Below, in pieces: positions 31,167-40,867 of a DNA stretch of 64,000 bases (positions are counted from its first letter, which is position 1; each line of letters begins with the position of its first letter). The notes beneath the pieces are model-generated. The model was not told the DNA's origin. It worked only from the letters and a program-made list of their open reading frames with translations, and did no database searches. A program made the translations under genes and the position numbers. Origin of the DNA: Methanocaldococcus indicus (GTDB lineage: Archaea; AGJL01; Methanococci; Methanococcales; Methanocaldococcaceae). The stretch is taken from positions 1 to 64,000 of the forward strand of contig NZ_CP186926.1 of the NCBI RefSeq assembly GCF_049554935.1, written 5' to 3'.

Positions 31167-32320
31167 GGTATCATCTCCTTAACCTTCTCAACTATTTCTT
31201 TTGCAACCTCTTTTTTACTACCACAAACTTTAATAATGTCATTATTTGTTATTAGATAACATTCTACAACATCTGAACCAAAATAATATTTACTTAAATC
31301 ATTAGCTACTATCATATTTAACTTATATTTTTTAAGTCTTTCTTTTGCTCTTCTTATTAGCTCATCTTTACTAATATTGTATTCAGCTTTAAATCCAACT
31401 ATTATTTTATTTTTATATTTCTTTCTTAATTCTTCTAATACTTTTGGAGCTCTTTTAAGTTTTAATATAATATTATCTTTATCTGATGATATTTTTCCTT
31501 CCATTTTCTCAGGAATAAAATCAGAGATAGCTGCTGGAACAATAATAGCATCAAAGTCCTTAGCCAACTCCAAAGATTTATTTAACATCTCATTAACAGT
31601 TAAAACTTTATGAACCTTTAAGTAATAAGGATAATCTCCTAAACCTTGAACAACTTCAACATAAAACTCCTTACTAAACTCTTCTGCAATAGCTTTTCCA
31701 AACTTTCCAGAGGATAGATTTGTTATAATCCTAACATTGTCAATAAACTCTGCTGTTGCACCATTTATAACTAAGACACTTTTTTTAGGTTTAACTCCAA
31801 TAACATCTATACACTTCTTTACAACTTCTTTATAATCTGCTATCTTAGCTTTTCCTTCTTCTATTTTAGGTTTTATAATATAAAGGTTTTCATTCTTTTT
31901 TAGCTCATTTAAATGAGTCTCAATATTTTTAAGCATATTTATATGCATAGCAGGAACTATAATTGTTGGCTTATAATTCAAGAACATTAATGCAGTTGTA
32001 GTTAAAATATTATCTGCTATTTTAAGATTTATTTTGGATATTGTATTGGCTGTTGCAGGATAAATAACCAATAAATCAGCATTTTCATATAGATAAACAT
32101 GTTCTGCCTTTTCTATATCTACATAAAATTCATCAGATGCAAATTTTAAAGCCTTCTCACCTACAATATTTAAAGCTTCTTTTGTAGCTATACAGTAGAT
32201 ATATGCACCATGTCTCTTTAATTCTCTCATTAGCTTTATACTTTCAATAGCTGATATAGAGGATGATACAGCAACAACAATTTTTTTATCTTTCAAATAA
32301 CAACTTTTTACATCTAACAT
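31163..32320 (-). CDS. coaBC: Phosphopantothenoylcysteine decarboxylase/synthetase
   Basis: [43 protein letters not shown]. Confidence 0.94.
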   Translation of the reverse strand: MLDVKSCYLKDKKIVVAVSSSISAIESIKLMRELKRHGAYIYCIATKEALNIVGEKALKFASDEFYVDIEKAEHVYLYENADLLVIYPATANTISKINLKIADNILTTTALMFLNYKPTIIVPAMHINMLKNIETHLNELKKNENLYIIKPKIEEGKAKIADYKEVVKKCIDVIGVKPKKSVLVINGATAEFIDNVRIITNLSSGKFGKAIAEEFSKEFYVEVVQGLGDYPYYLKVHKVLTVNEMLNKSLELAKDFDAIIVPAAISDFIPEKMEGKISSDKDNIILKLKRAPKVLEELRKKYKNKIIVGFKAEYNISKDELIRRAKERLKKYKLNMIVANDLSKYYFGSDVVECYLITNNDIIKVCGSKKEVAKEIVEKVKEMIP

Positions 32321-32408
32321 ATTTAAATCACACTCAATTTTTAATACTAAAATAAAAACTTATAAATATGATTTAAAATTATCTTAATTTAAAAAGAAGG
32401 TGATTATA

Positions 32409-33173
32409 ATGCAAATGGTTCCACCATCAGCTTATGATAGGGCTATAACAGTATTTAGTCCAGAGGGGAGATTATATCAAGTTGAATATGCAAGAGAAGC
32501 AGTAAGAAGAGGTACAACAGCTGTTGGAGTAACATGTAGAGATGGAGTGATATTGGCTGTGGATAGGAGAGTAAGTAGTAGATTAGTTAAAATTGAATCA
32601 ATAGAGAAAATATTCCAAATTGATGACCATGTTGCAGCTGCAACTTCTGGATTAGTTGCTGATGCAAGAGTTCTTATTGATAGAGCAAGATTAGAAGCAC
32701 AAATTTATAGATTAACTTATGGGGATGAGATACCAATAGAGTTGTTGGCTAAAAAAATCTGTGATATTAAACAAGCTTATACACAACATGGAGGAGTTAG
32801 ACCCTTTGGTGTCTCCTTATTAATAGCTGGTTTAGATAAAAACAAATCAAGATTGTTTGAAACAGACCCAAGTGGTGCTTTAATTGAATATAAAGCAACA
32901 GCTATTGGTAGTGGAAGACCTATTGTTATGGAGTTGTTAGAGAAAGAGTATGATGATAACCTAACTATAAAAGATGGTTTGAAATTAGCTATTAAAGCAT
33001 TAGTTAAAGCTAATGAAGAGATAAATCCAGAGAATATAGATGCTTGTACTATTGATACAGAAACTCAGACCTTTAAAAGAGTGAATTTAGAAGAAATTAT
33101 AAAATTAGTTGAAGAATCTAAAAAAGAATTAGAGGAAGAGAAAAAAGCTAAAAATGAAAAAAGTGAAGAATAA
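32409..33173 (+). CDS. psmA: Proteasome alpha subunit
   Basis: YDRAITVFSPEGRLYQVEYA, GVRPFGVS. Confidence 0.98.
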   Translation: MQMVPPSAYDRAITVFSPEGRLYQVEYAREAVRRGTTAVGVTCRDGVILAVDRRVSSRLVKIESIEKIFQIDDHVAAATSGLVADARVLIDRARLEAQIYRLTYGDEIPIELLAKKICDIKQAYTQHGGVRPFGVSLLIAGLDKNKSRLFETDPSGALIEYKATAIGSGRPIVMELLEKEYDDNLTIKDGLKLAIKALVKANEEINPENIDACTIDTETQTFKRVNLEEIIKLVEESKKELEEEKKAKNEKSEE

Positions 33174-33197
33174 TCAATATATATAAATTAAAGAAAT

Positions 33198-33212
33198 AGA
33201 AAAGTTTATATA
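33198..33212 (+). promoter_or_regulatory. BRE/TATA promoter of the tRNA operon
   Basis: AGAAAAGTTTATATA about 35 nt upstream of tRNA-Phe. Confidence 0.7.
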
Positions 33213-33246
33213 CTTCTTTTACTATTCCTATTTATGCAATTTGTGA

Positions 33247-33323
33247 GCCGCGGTAGTTCAGCCTGGGAGAACGCGGGACTGAAGATCCCGTTGTCGGGTG
33301 TTCAAATCACCCCCGCGGCACCA
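33247..33323 (+). tRNA. tRNA-Phe (GAA)
   Basis: GCCGCGG acceptor, CGGGA-CTGAAGA-TCCCG anticodon arm, encoded CCA. Confidence 0.97.
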
Positions 33324-33332
33324 TCTTTATGT

Positions 33333-33408
33333 GCCCCCATAGCTCAGTTGGTAGAGCGACGGACTGTTAATCCGTAGGTCGCAGGTTCGAGTCCTGCTGG
33401 GGGCGCCA
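33333..33408 (+). tRNA. tRNA-Asn (GTT)
   Basis: GCCCCCA acceptor, ACGGA-CTGTTAA-TCCGT, G73 and encoded CCA. Confidence 0.97.
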
Positions 33409-33424
33409 ATTTTATTTTTTATGT

Positions 33425-33499
33425 GGGCCCGTAGCTCAGCCTGGTCAGAGCGCTCGGCTCATAACCGAGTGGTCAAGGGTTCAAATCCCTTCGGGCCCA
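33425..33499 (+). tRNA. tRNA with CAT anticodon, most likely tRNA-Ile2 (agmatidine-modified)
   Basis: GGGCCCG acceptor typical of archaeal Ile tRNAs, CTCGG-CTCATAA-CCGAG; lacks initiator features. Confidence 0.88.
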
Positions 33500-33507
33500 C
33501 TTTTTTT

Positions 33508-33582
33508 GCTCCGGTGGTGTAGCCCGGCCAATCATGCGGGCCTTTCGAGCCCGCGACCCGGGTTCAAATCCCGGCCGGAGCA
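33508..33582 (+). tRNA. tRNA-Glu (TTC)
   Basis: GCTCCGG acceptor, CGGGC-CTTTCGA-GCCCG. Confidence 0.96.
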
Positions 33583-33612
33583 CTATATATTTAGTTTTTA
33601 TTTATTTCAATT

Positions 33613-33697
33613 GCAGGGGTCGCCAAGCCTGGCCAAAGGCGCCGGGCCTAGGACCCGGTCCCGAAGGGGTTCCGGGGTTCAAATCCCCGCCCCTGCA
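33613..33697 (+). tRNA. tRNA-Leu (TAG)
   Basis: GCAGGGG acceptor, CCGGG-CCTAGGA-CCCGG, long variable arm. Confidence 0.95.
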
Positions 33698-33711
33698 CTA
33701 TTATTTTTTGT

Positions 33712-33784
33712 GGCCGGGGTGGGGTAGTGGCCATCCTGGGGGACTGTGGATCCCCTGACCCGGGTTCAATTCCCGGTCCCGGCC
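33712..33784 (+). tRNA. tRNA-His (GTG) with genomically encoded G-1
   Basis: G-GCCGGGG acceptor, GGGGA-CTGTGGA-TCCCC, C73. Confidence 0.95.
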
Positions 33785-33897
33785 CTTATTTTTAGCAAAT
33801 ACAAAAAAAGTAGTTATTAAAAATAACCAAATAATCCATATATTTATACATATAAATAAAAATAACAAAAATTTATTTTTTTGTTATAAATAAATAA

Positions 33898-34236
33898 TTA
33901 ACATTTAATTGCTTCTTCTGGAGCTCCTAATTTTTTTGGATGTGGTGCTTTAATTACAAAAAACTCTAAAATTTCATCATCCTTATTTTCAATAATCATC
34001 TTTGTGTTAAATGGAACATATACAATAGTTCCAGCTTCAAACTTGTTAGTTTCATCTTCTAATGTTAGTGTCATTGTTCCTCTTATTATTATCAGATGAA
34101 CTCTTGAATTTGAATAATGGCATGGAACTTTTTCTCCTTTTGGTAGAACAATATGGTTTATTATAACATCATCAGTATTAACTAACTTCTCTACTAATTT
34201 CTTGTCAGCATTTAATGTGAATTTGTATGTCTTCAT
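33898..34236 (-). CDS. Cupin domain protein
   Basis: LPKGEKVPCHYS...IIRGTM...GTIVYVP cupin motifs. Confidence 0.85.
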   Translation of the reverse strand: MKTYKFTLNADKKLVEKLVNTDDVIINHIVLPKGEKVPCHYSNSRVHLIIIRGTMTLTLEDETNKFEAGTIVYVPFNTKMIIENKDDEILEFFVIKAPHPKKLGAPEEAIKC

Positions 34237-34242
34237 TTTTTA

Positions 34243-34581
34243 TCACCTCAAATAATATAAAAATGTCTCATCATCAGCTAAGCAATGTATAATACTCTGT
34301 CTTAATCCAAAGTTGTTACATTTTTTTATTGTTTCTTTTTCAATAGAAATAATACTTTTTAACAACTCAACTATATCCTTATTTACAATATCTATTTTAT
34401 CTAAGTTAATTGGAATATTGTATATTAATGATTTTTGATATAATTTATTTAAATGTTCATCTTGTTTTTTTGTCAAATCTTTCAAAAGTTTATTATCATA
34501 TTCTTCCAAAGATTTAAATTTAGTAATTATCAGTAATTCAATCTTATATTTAATTATTTTATTTAGATTTTCTTCTATCAT
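34243..34581 (-). CDS. Hypothetical helical protein in the hcp operon
   Basis: 112-aa ORF between hcp and the cupin gene, same strand. Confidence 0.6.
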   Translation of the reverse strand: MIEENLNKIIKYKIELLIITKFKSLEEYDNKLLKDLTKKQDEHLNKLYQKSLIYNIPINLDKIDIVNKDIVELLKSIISIEKETIKKCNNFGLRQSIIHCLADDETFLYYLR

Positions 34582-34617
34582 GATATCACATCTAAAAATA
34601 AAAATAAAATTAGAAAG

Positions 34618-36240
34618 TTATCCAACTAATCTTTTAATATCTTCATCAACTGTTGATATTTGTGAGATTCCAAACTTCTCAACTAAAACCTTTATTATAT
34701 TTTCTGATAAGAATGCTGGTAATGTTGGACCTAATACAATATTTTTAACTCCTAAGTATAGTAGAGCTAAGAGGACTGCAACTGCCTTTTGTTCATACCA
34801 AGATATATTATAAGCTATTGGTAAGTCATTTATATCTTCTAAACCTAAAACTTCTTTGAGTTTTAGGGCTACAACTGCTAATGAATAGCTGTCATTACAT
34901 TGTCCTGCATCTAAAACTCTTGGAATTCCATCTATATCTCCTAAATCTAACTTAATGAACCTATACTTAGCACATCCACATGTTAGGACAACAACATCCT
35001 TAGGTAGTTTTTTAACAAACTCTGTATAATACTCTCTTGTTCTATGTCTTCCATCACATCCAGCTACAACAACAAACTTTCTAATTTTTCCAGCTTTTAT
35101 AGCTTCTATAATCTTATCTGCTAATGCTAAAACTTGGTTGTGAGCAAATCCACCAATAATCTTTCCACTTTCTAATGGTGTTGGAGGAGGACATTTTTTA
35201 GCATGTTCTATAACCTCTGAGAAATCTTTTTTACCATCTTTTTCGGGAATTCTCTTTAATCCTGGATAACCAACTTCATTAGTTACATAAACTCTATCTT
35301 TATAGCTATCCTTTGGAGGAACTAAACAGTTTGTAGTTACAACTATTGGACCATTAAACTTTTCAAACTCTTCTTTTTGTTTCCACCATGCATTTCCATA
35401 GTTTCCTTTGAAATGTTCATACTTCTTAAAGAATGGATAATAATGAGCTGGTAACATTTCACAGTGTGTATATACATCTACACCAGTTCCCTTAGTTTGT
35501 TCTAAGAGTTCTTCTAAATCTTTTAAATCATGCCCAGTTATCAAAATTCCTGGATTGTTTCCTACTTCTAAACTAACCTCTGTTATTTCAGGATGTCCAT
35601 AAGTCTCAGTATTTGCCTTGTCTAATAAAGCTAATGTTTCAACAGCATATTTTCCTGTCTCTAATGCCAAATTAAAGAGTTCATCAGCATCTTTTGAATC
35701 AACTAATTTTGTGAAAGCTCTTATTATAAATTTGTGTATTTCTTCATTGTTGTAGTTTAATCTCATTGCATGTGTTAAATATGCTCCAATTCCTTTAATT
35801 CCATAAGTAATAAGTTCTTTTAAAGCTCTTATATCCTCATCTTTTTCAGATAAAACACCTACAACTTCTGGCTTGGCAAATTCTAACATTTCTTTTTCAT
35901 CTTTACAAATAAACTTAGCACATTCTGGGAGTTCTTCTTTATTTAAGTTAGTTTTTTCTATTATTTCCTCTCTTAATTCAATTCCTTTCTTTATATAGTT
36001 AATAACATCATCTTTATCAAAATTCACATTAGTTATTGTAACAAATAATGCCTTTGGAATATAGTCCATTACTTTATTATCTAAATAATTGGATTTTTCA
36101 CAAACATAGCATAATCCTTTTATAGTATAAATTAATAAATCTTGTAGGTTTGCAACTTCTGGCTCTTTACCACAAACACCTATTGTATCACAACCTACAT
36201 TTCTTGCAGCCTCTTGGCATTGGAAACAAAACATCTTCAT
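34618..36240 (-). CDS. hcp: Hybrid cluster protein / hydroxylamine reductase
   Basis: MFCFQCQE...[36 protein letters not shown]. Confidence 0.97.
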   Translation of the reverse strand: MKMFCFQCQEAARNVGCDTIGVCGKEPEVANLQDLLIYTIKGLCYVCEKSNYLDNKVMDYIPKALFVTITNVNFDKDDVINYIKKGIELREEIIEKTNLNKEELPECAKFICKDEKEMLEFAKPEVVGVLSEKDEDIRALKELITYGIKGIGAYLTHAMRLNYNNEEIHKFIIRAFTKLVDSKDADELFNLALETGKYAVETLALLDKANTETYGHPEITEVSLEVGNNPGILITGHDLKDLEELLEQTKGTGVDVYTHCEMLPAHYYPFFKKYEHFKGNYGNAWWKQKEEFEKFNGPIVVTTNCLVPPKDSYKDRVYVTNEVGYPGLKRIPEKDGKKDFSEVIEHAKKCPPPTPLESGKIIGGFAHNQVLALADKIIEAIKAGKIRKFVVVAGCDGRHRTREYYTEFVKKLPKDVVVLTCGCAKYRFIKLDLGDIDGIPRVLDAGQCNDSYSLAVVALKLKEVLGLEDINDLPIAYNISWYEQKAVAVLLALLYLGVKNIVLGPTLPAFLSENIIKVLVEKFGISQISTVDEDIKRLVG

Positions 36241-36395
36241 TTTTTCACCAAAAATCACTTTTGTATTTATTATTGTTTAATTATTACTATTTAAAGTTAT
36301 TTGAGAAAAATTGAGCTAAAATAAGAACAATAATTATCCAATATTTTGACTAGAGAAGATGCAATTTTTAATAAAAATAATAAAAATAGTAATAC

Positions 36396-37649
36396 TTAGT
36401 TAATTAAGTTGTAGTATGCATTTTCAGCTTTTTCATAGATATCATCTTCATCTAAATTAACAAATTTTCCATCATCTAAAACTATTTCCCCATTTATTAT
36501 AGAATAATCAACAAATCCATTAAAAGCATATACTAAGTGAGAGTTTATATTTTCTTTTGGATATAAAAATGGTTTGTCTAACTTAATTAATACCATATCA
36601 GCTAAATTACCCTCTTTTATTTCTCCTGCTTTTATACCTAATGCTATAGCTCCATTTTTAGTAGCAAAATTAAAAGCCTCCTCAGCTTTTATAACAGTTG
36701 GATTTAAATTAACTCCTTTATGTAAAATAGCTGTTGTCTTTATTTCCTCAAAAAGGTTTAGATTGTTGTTACTACCACATCCATCAGTTCCTAATGTTAT
36801 ATTTATTCCTTCATTCAAAAGTTTTGGAATTGGTGCTATTCCAGAAGCTAATTTTAAGTTACTTATTGGATTATGAGAGATATGAATATTTTTGTTTTTT
36901 ATAATGTCAATTTCATTCTCAGTTAGATGAACACAATGGGCAGCTATAACTCTAACCTCATCAAAGAAATTAAATGAATTTAAATATTCAATAGGGACCA
37001 TTCCTGTTTTTTCTTTAATTGTATTTATTTCATCAATAGTTTCATTTAAATGGATATGTATTGGAACATTGTATTTCTTAGCTAAATTATTAACCTCTAA
37101 TAATAACTCTTTTGAGCAAGTATAGGGAGCATGAGGACCTAAAACAGGATAAATCCTATCATTTTTTAAATTTTTAATATAGTTTATATAGTATTCTGCT
37201 TTTTTTAACTCTTTTTCTCTTCTTTCTTCATCAAATAAATCAATCATTCCATAAGCTAAAAAAGCTCTTATACCACATTCTTCAACTGCTTTAATTATTC
37301 CCTCTAAGTAAAAATACATATCATTAAAGGTAGTTGTTCCTGTTTTTATCATCTCTACACATCCTAAGAGAGTTCCATAATAGACAATTTTCTCATTTAG
37401 TTTAGCTTCTAATGGCCAAATGTAGTTATTTAGCCACTCCATTAAAGGTAAGTCATCAGCTACTCCCCTAAAAAGAGTCATTGGTATGTGAGTATGAGTA
37501 TTTATCAGTCCTGGGATTGCTATCATATTTGAGCCATCTATAACAATATCATTCTTCTCCTTAACATCTCCAATCTTAGATATTTTATTACCTTCTATAA
37601 GAATATCTTGCCTCTTACCATTTACAAAAACATTTTTAATAGTTATCAT
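36396..37649 (-). CDS. dadD: 5'-deoxyadenosine / MTA-SAH deaminase
   Basis: PGLINTHTH, PHAPYTC, HIHLNET, AAHCVH, GTDG amidohydrolase motifs. Confidence 0.88.
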   Translation of the reverse strand: MITIKNVFVNGKRQDILIEGNKISKIGDVKEKNDIVIDGSNMIAIPGLINTHTHIPMTLFRGVADDLPLMEWLNNYIWPLEAKLNEKIVYYGTLLGCVEMIKTGTTTFNDMYFYLEGIIKAVEECGIRAFLAYGMIDLFDEERREKELKKAEYYINYIKNLKNDRIYPVLGPHAPYTCSKELLLEVNNLAKKYNVPIHIHLNETIDEINTIKEKTGMVPIEYLNSFNFFDEVRVIAAHCVHLTENEIDIIKNKNIHISHNPISNLKLASGIAPIPKLLNEGINITLGTDGCGSNNNLNLFEEIKTTAILHKGVNLNPTVIKAEEAFNFATKNGAIALGIKAGEIKEGNLADMVLIKLDKPFLYPKENINSHLVYAFNGFVDYSIINGEIVLDDGKFVNLDEDDIYEKAENAYYNLIN

Positions 37650-37708
37650 TTATATCCCCCAAATTTATAAATTAAAATTGTTTGATAAAAAGAGTAATAA
37701 AAAAATAG

Positions 37709-37766
37709 TGCGTCAGTTCGCCCATCAATCATCATAAATCAGCAGCTACTCCGTTCATCATCCGCA
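37709..37766 (-). ncRNA. C/D box methylation guide sRNA
   Basis: TGCGG-ATGATGA(C)-ACGGAGTAGCTG-CTGA(D')-TTT-ATGATGA(C')-TTGATGGGCGAA-CTGA(D)-CGCA; two 12-nt guides, terminal TGCG/CGCA stem, upstream AAAAAAGTATATATA promoter, downstream T-run. Confidence 0.93.
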
Positions 37767-37864
37767 GTTTTAAAATATAAAATCTTATGCTATATATACT
37801 TTTTTGGTAGGAAAAGTTAGACATCTTAAAAAAGCGTTTTTAAAGTTTCCATATATTATATTTA

Positions 37865-37921
37865 GTTTTCATTCTTGTTTTAATAGACTAACGATTTAAA
37901 CTCTTGGTGTTCATCCTTATT
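37865..37921 (-). repeat. Solitary CRISPR-type 37-bp repeat plus 20-nt leader-like segment (copy A, more degenerate)
   Basis: AATAAGGATGAACACCAAGA + GTTTAAATCGTTAGTCTATTAAAACAAGAATGAAAAC; 49/57 identical to 56251-56307. Confidence 0.75.
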
Positions 37922-37987
37922 TTATATCTAAACTCCTACAAATATCTTCCATTTATTATCTCATTAATTACAAAGAACAACAAATTT

Positions 37988-38554
37988 TTATAATTTTCTA
38001 ACAATCTCTTTTAAAATGTTCAATTTTGCTAATTCTTCCAAAACTTCAACTTTTACATATGCTTCTTTTAAGTCTTTACCTAAGCACACAACTCCATGGT
38101 TTTTTAGTATAAGAACTTCTTCATCTTTTTTACTTACTGCTTTAGCTAATTCTAAGCTTCCAGCAGGATAATAATCAACATATCCAATCTTTTTTAGGAA
38201 AATTTTACCTTCAGGAGTTAAAAGTTCTATATCTTTATTGATTATTGAAAGAAATGTAGATATTAATGAATGAGTGTGAATAATTGCATTAATATTTTTT
38301 TTATTTCTATAAATTTCTAAGTGCATATTTATTTCTGATGAAGGTTTTCCTTTTATTACATTTCCATTTAAATCTACAATAGCTATATCTTCCTCTTTTA
38401 AAAGTCCTAAAATTGAGCCAGTTGGTGTAATATATACTTTATCATCTATCTTTATTGAGACATTACCTCCACTACCAACAACATACTTTCTATTGTATAA
38501 TAGTTGGCATATTTTTATAAACTCATTTATTCTATCTTTTAACATAATTTTCAC
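37988..38554 (-). CDS. fucA: Class II aldolase (fuculose-phosphate aldolase family)
   Basis: GGNVS, ITPTG, KPSSE, HTHS, LKNHG. Confidence 0.88.
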   Translation of the reverse strand: MKIMLKDRINEFIKICQLLYNRKYVVGSGGNVSIKIDDKVYITPTGSILGLLKEEDIAIVDLNGNVIKGKPSSEINMHLEIYRNKKNINAIIHTHSLISTFLSIINKDIELLTPEGKIFLKKIGYVDYYPAGSLELAKAVSKKDEEVLILKNHGVVCLGKDLKEAYVKVEVLEELAKLNILKEIVRKL

Positions 38555-38832
38555 ATCAATTTATATATTAATATAATAACTGCAATATACAAAATAATTG
38601 TAAATAATCCTAAAAAAGTTAAGATATATCTAATTAATTTTAGATTCCTTTTAAAATCATCCATAATTTTTATGTATGAGGCTGCAATAACAATTAAATT
38701 CTTTTTAAGAATTTCTTCATTTTTTTTAGTTAGTTCTTCTTCAAATTTTTCTAATTTGATATCAACTCTTTTCTCCAATTCTAAAATTTTTTTATTTAAA
38801 AGTTCAATCTGCTCTTTTATATCATCATCCAT
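38551..38832 (-). CDS. Small coiled-coil protein with C-terminal TM helix
   Basis: 93 aa, charged heptads then hydrophobic tail; coupled to neighbours. Confidence 0.6.
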   Translation of the reverse strand: MDDDIKEQIELLNKKILELEKRVDIKLEKFEEELTKKNEEILKKNLIVIAASYIKIMDDFKRNLKLIRYILTFLGLFTIILYIAVIILIYKLM

Positions 38833-38837
38833 AATTA

Positions 38838-40751
38838 TCAGCTTTTTATATCAAATACCAAAGGAATTATCTCATCAATTGTTTTAACAGGAATAATTTC
38901 TATTCCTTCTGTATCTATAACATCTATTATATTTGCTTCTGGAATTATTACTCTTTTAAATCCATATCTCTTAGCCGCCTCTATTTTCTCATTTACTCCT
39001 CCTATTGCTAATACATTACCACTTAAATCTAAACTTCCTGTTATAGCAAAATCTTGCTTTAATGGGATATTTAATAGAGCAGATATTGTAGCTAAACAAA
39101 CAGCTGCTGTTGCAGAATCTCCATCTATCTTATTGTAAGATTGGCTAAATTGAATATATATTTCTTTATTATTTAAATCTATATCCTTTTTAGGGAATGG
39201 TAATTTTCCTTCACTAATAAGTTTTTTAGATAATGCTGATGCTAATGTTATTGAGTGTTTTGCAATATCTCCTGAGATATTTAATAAATGAGTTCCAGGA
39301 TTTTTGGAGTCTAATATTTGAACTATTATCTTAGTTACATCCCCAATTCCTCCAGCTCCTAAAACAGCTAATCCATAGATAACTCCAACCTTTGGAGTAT
39401 CATTTGGAACAATATGTTTATATCTTTTAATATTTTTGATATAGTTAATAGCCACTTGTTTCTCCATACTATAAATTCCAGAGTCAAATACCTTTCTAAC
39501 ATGTTCAGCTTTAATAATAACTCCTTCTTTCTTTTTCTCTGCTTTATAATCTTTATCATCTACCTTTTTTAGTATATCCTCAATTTCCTTTCCTAATGCT
39601 AAGTCATTTGCCATCTTTATAATATTTGCCAACAACCTCAATCTTAAAGTTAATTTATCTTTTGAACCTGCAAGATATTGGGCTATTCTTACAATTTCAC
39701 AACAAGCTTCATAATCCATTGGACATAATTTATTATTTTCAATTTCTTGGACTATAAACTGTAAAATTTTATCTCTATTTTCTAATGTATTGTCCATTTT
39801 ATCTTTTAAAACTATTTTATAATCTATTCTATCTAACAATGGAGCTCTTAAATTATAAACATCATCCATATTTCCAGACATTATTAATATGAAATCACAT
39901 GGAATAGGATTGGTTTCAACAGTTGCCCCAGAAGAGTTAGGATTTCTTCCACTTATTGGTAATTTTTTATCTTGAAGAGCTGTTAAAATATAATCTTGCA
40001 CTTCTAATGGCATAGTTTTAATTTCATCTACATATAAAATTCCTCTATGAGCTTCATGAACAGCTCCTAATATAATTCTCTTATGGGGTGGTGTTCCTAA
40101 TGGTGGCCTTCCACCAAGAGGACAGTGTTTTATATCCCCTAACAATCTTGTGACATTGTATGCACTTGCCTTAACAAGAGGTCTTTTTTTACATTCATAT
40201 AAAAGAACAGGTTTCAAATCAGCTGGATTTATTTGATTTGACATAGCTCCTTTTGAAGCTCCTAAGATAGTAGTTAAAATTATTACAAATCCAAATATTA
40301 AGACTATCATAGATATAGCTGTTACAGTTGCTAATAAATGCTCAGTTGGAATAAATCTCATAAAATACTGAACTCCAAAAATTGCTGCTATCATTATTAA
40401 AATAAATGTTAAAGAGTTAGGTGTTTTAATATCAATTTTAGGAATATCTTTTTCTTTTTCTTTATATTCACCATCTTTAACTTCAACAATAGGCCTCTCC
40501 ATATTTTTTAAATTTGGCTTTGCAATGACATAATAGGGTGTAAATTCACCAAAATCTTGTAAAATTTCACCAACTGCCTTAACTAACATTGATTTACCTA
40601 CTCCTGGCTCTCCTAAAAGAATAACATTTCTCTTATTTTTTACGGCTGATAAAACTATCCTTACAGCCTCATCTTGTCCAATTACTTGGTCTATTAATCT
40701 TGGAGATGGTTTGGGCAATTCTAAGGTTGTTTTAAATTTAGTAGAAAACAT
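38838..40751 (-). CDS. lonB: Membrane-anchored archaeal Lon protease (LonB)
   Basis: DQVIGQ, GEPGVGKS, two TM helices in the ATPase domain, DGDSA and GGVNEK catalytic motifs. Confidence 0.94.
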   Translation of the reverse strand: MFSTKFKTTLELPKPSPRLIDQVIGQDEAVRIVLSAVKNKRNVILLGEPGVGKSMLVKAVGEILQDFGEFTPYYVIAKPNLKNMERPIVEVKDGEYKEKEKDIPKIDIKTPNSLTFILIMIAAIFGVQYFMRFIPTEHLLATVTAISMIVLIFGFVIILTTILGASKGAMSNQINPADLKPVLLYECKKRPLVKASAYNVTRLLGDIKHCPLGGRPPLGTPPHKRIILGAVHEAHRGILYVDEIKTMPLEVQDYILTALQDKKLPISGRNPNSSGATVETNPIPCDFILIMSGNMDDVYNLRAPLLDRIDYKIVLKDKMDNTLENRDKILQFIVQEIENNKLCPMDYEACCEIVRIAQYLAGSKDKLTLRLRLLANIIKMANDLALGKEIEDILKKVDDKDYKAEKKKEGVIIKAEHVRKVFDSGIYSMEKQVAINYIKNIKRYKHIVPNDTPKVGVIYGLAVLGAGGIGDVTKIIVQILDSKNPGTHLLNISGDIAKHSITLASALSKKLISEGKLPFPKKDIDLNNKEIYIQFSQSYNKIDGDSATAAVCLATISALLNIPLKQDFAITGSLDLSGNVLAIGGVNEKIEAAKRYGFKRVIIPEANIIDVIDTEGIEIIPVKTIDEIIPLVFDIKS

Positions 40752-40867
40752 ACTATCTCACACTATATAATTATATTTTGAAATTTTAATTTTAAAAATA
40801 CTAAACTTTATTTATATACATAATATTGATTAAATAGATTACGGTATATATTTTAGGTGCATGGACT

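Noticed and set aside
33506-33758. ORF-track entries of 73 and 74 aa
   Set aside because: They are translations across tRNA-Glu, -Leu and -His genes
33862-33887. AT-rich inverted repeat ATAACAAAAA/TTTTTGTTAT between convergent transcription units
   Set aside because: Could be a terminator but low complexity makes it indistinguishable from background
37930-37950. 17/18 match (minus strand AGATATTTGTAGGAGTTT) to the 3' end of the chelatase gene near 13736-13753
   Set aside because: Short, AT-rich, no extension on either side; likely chance or an uninformative gene remnant
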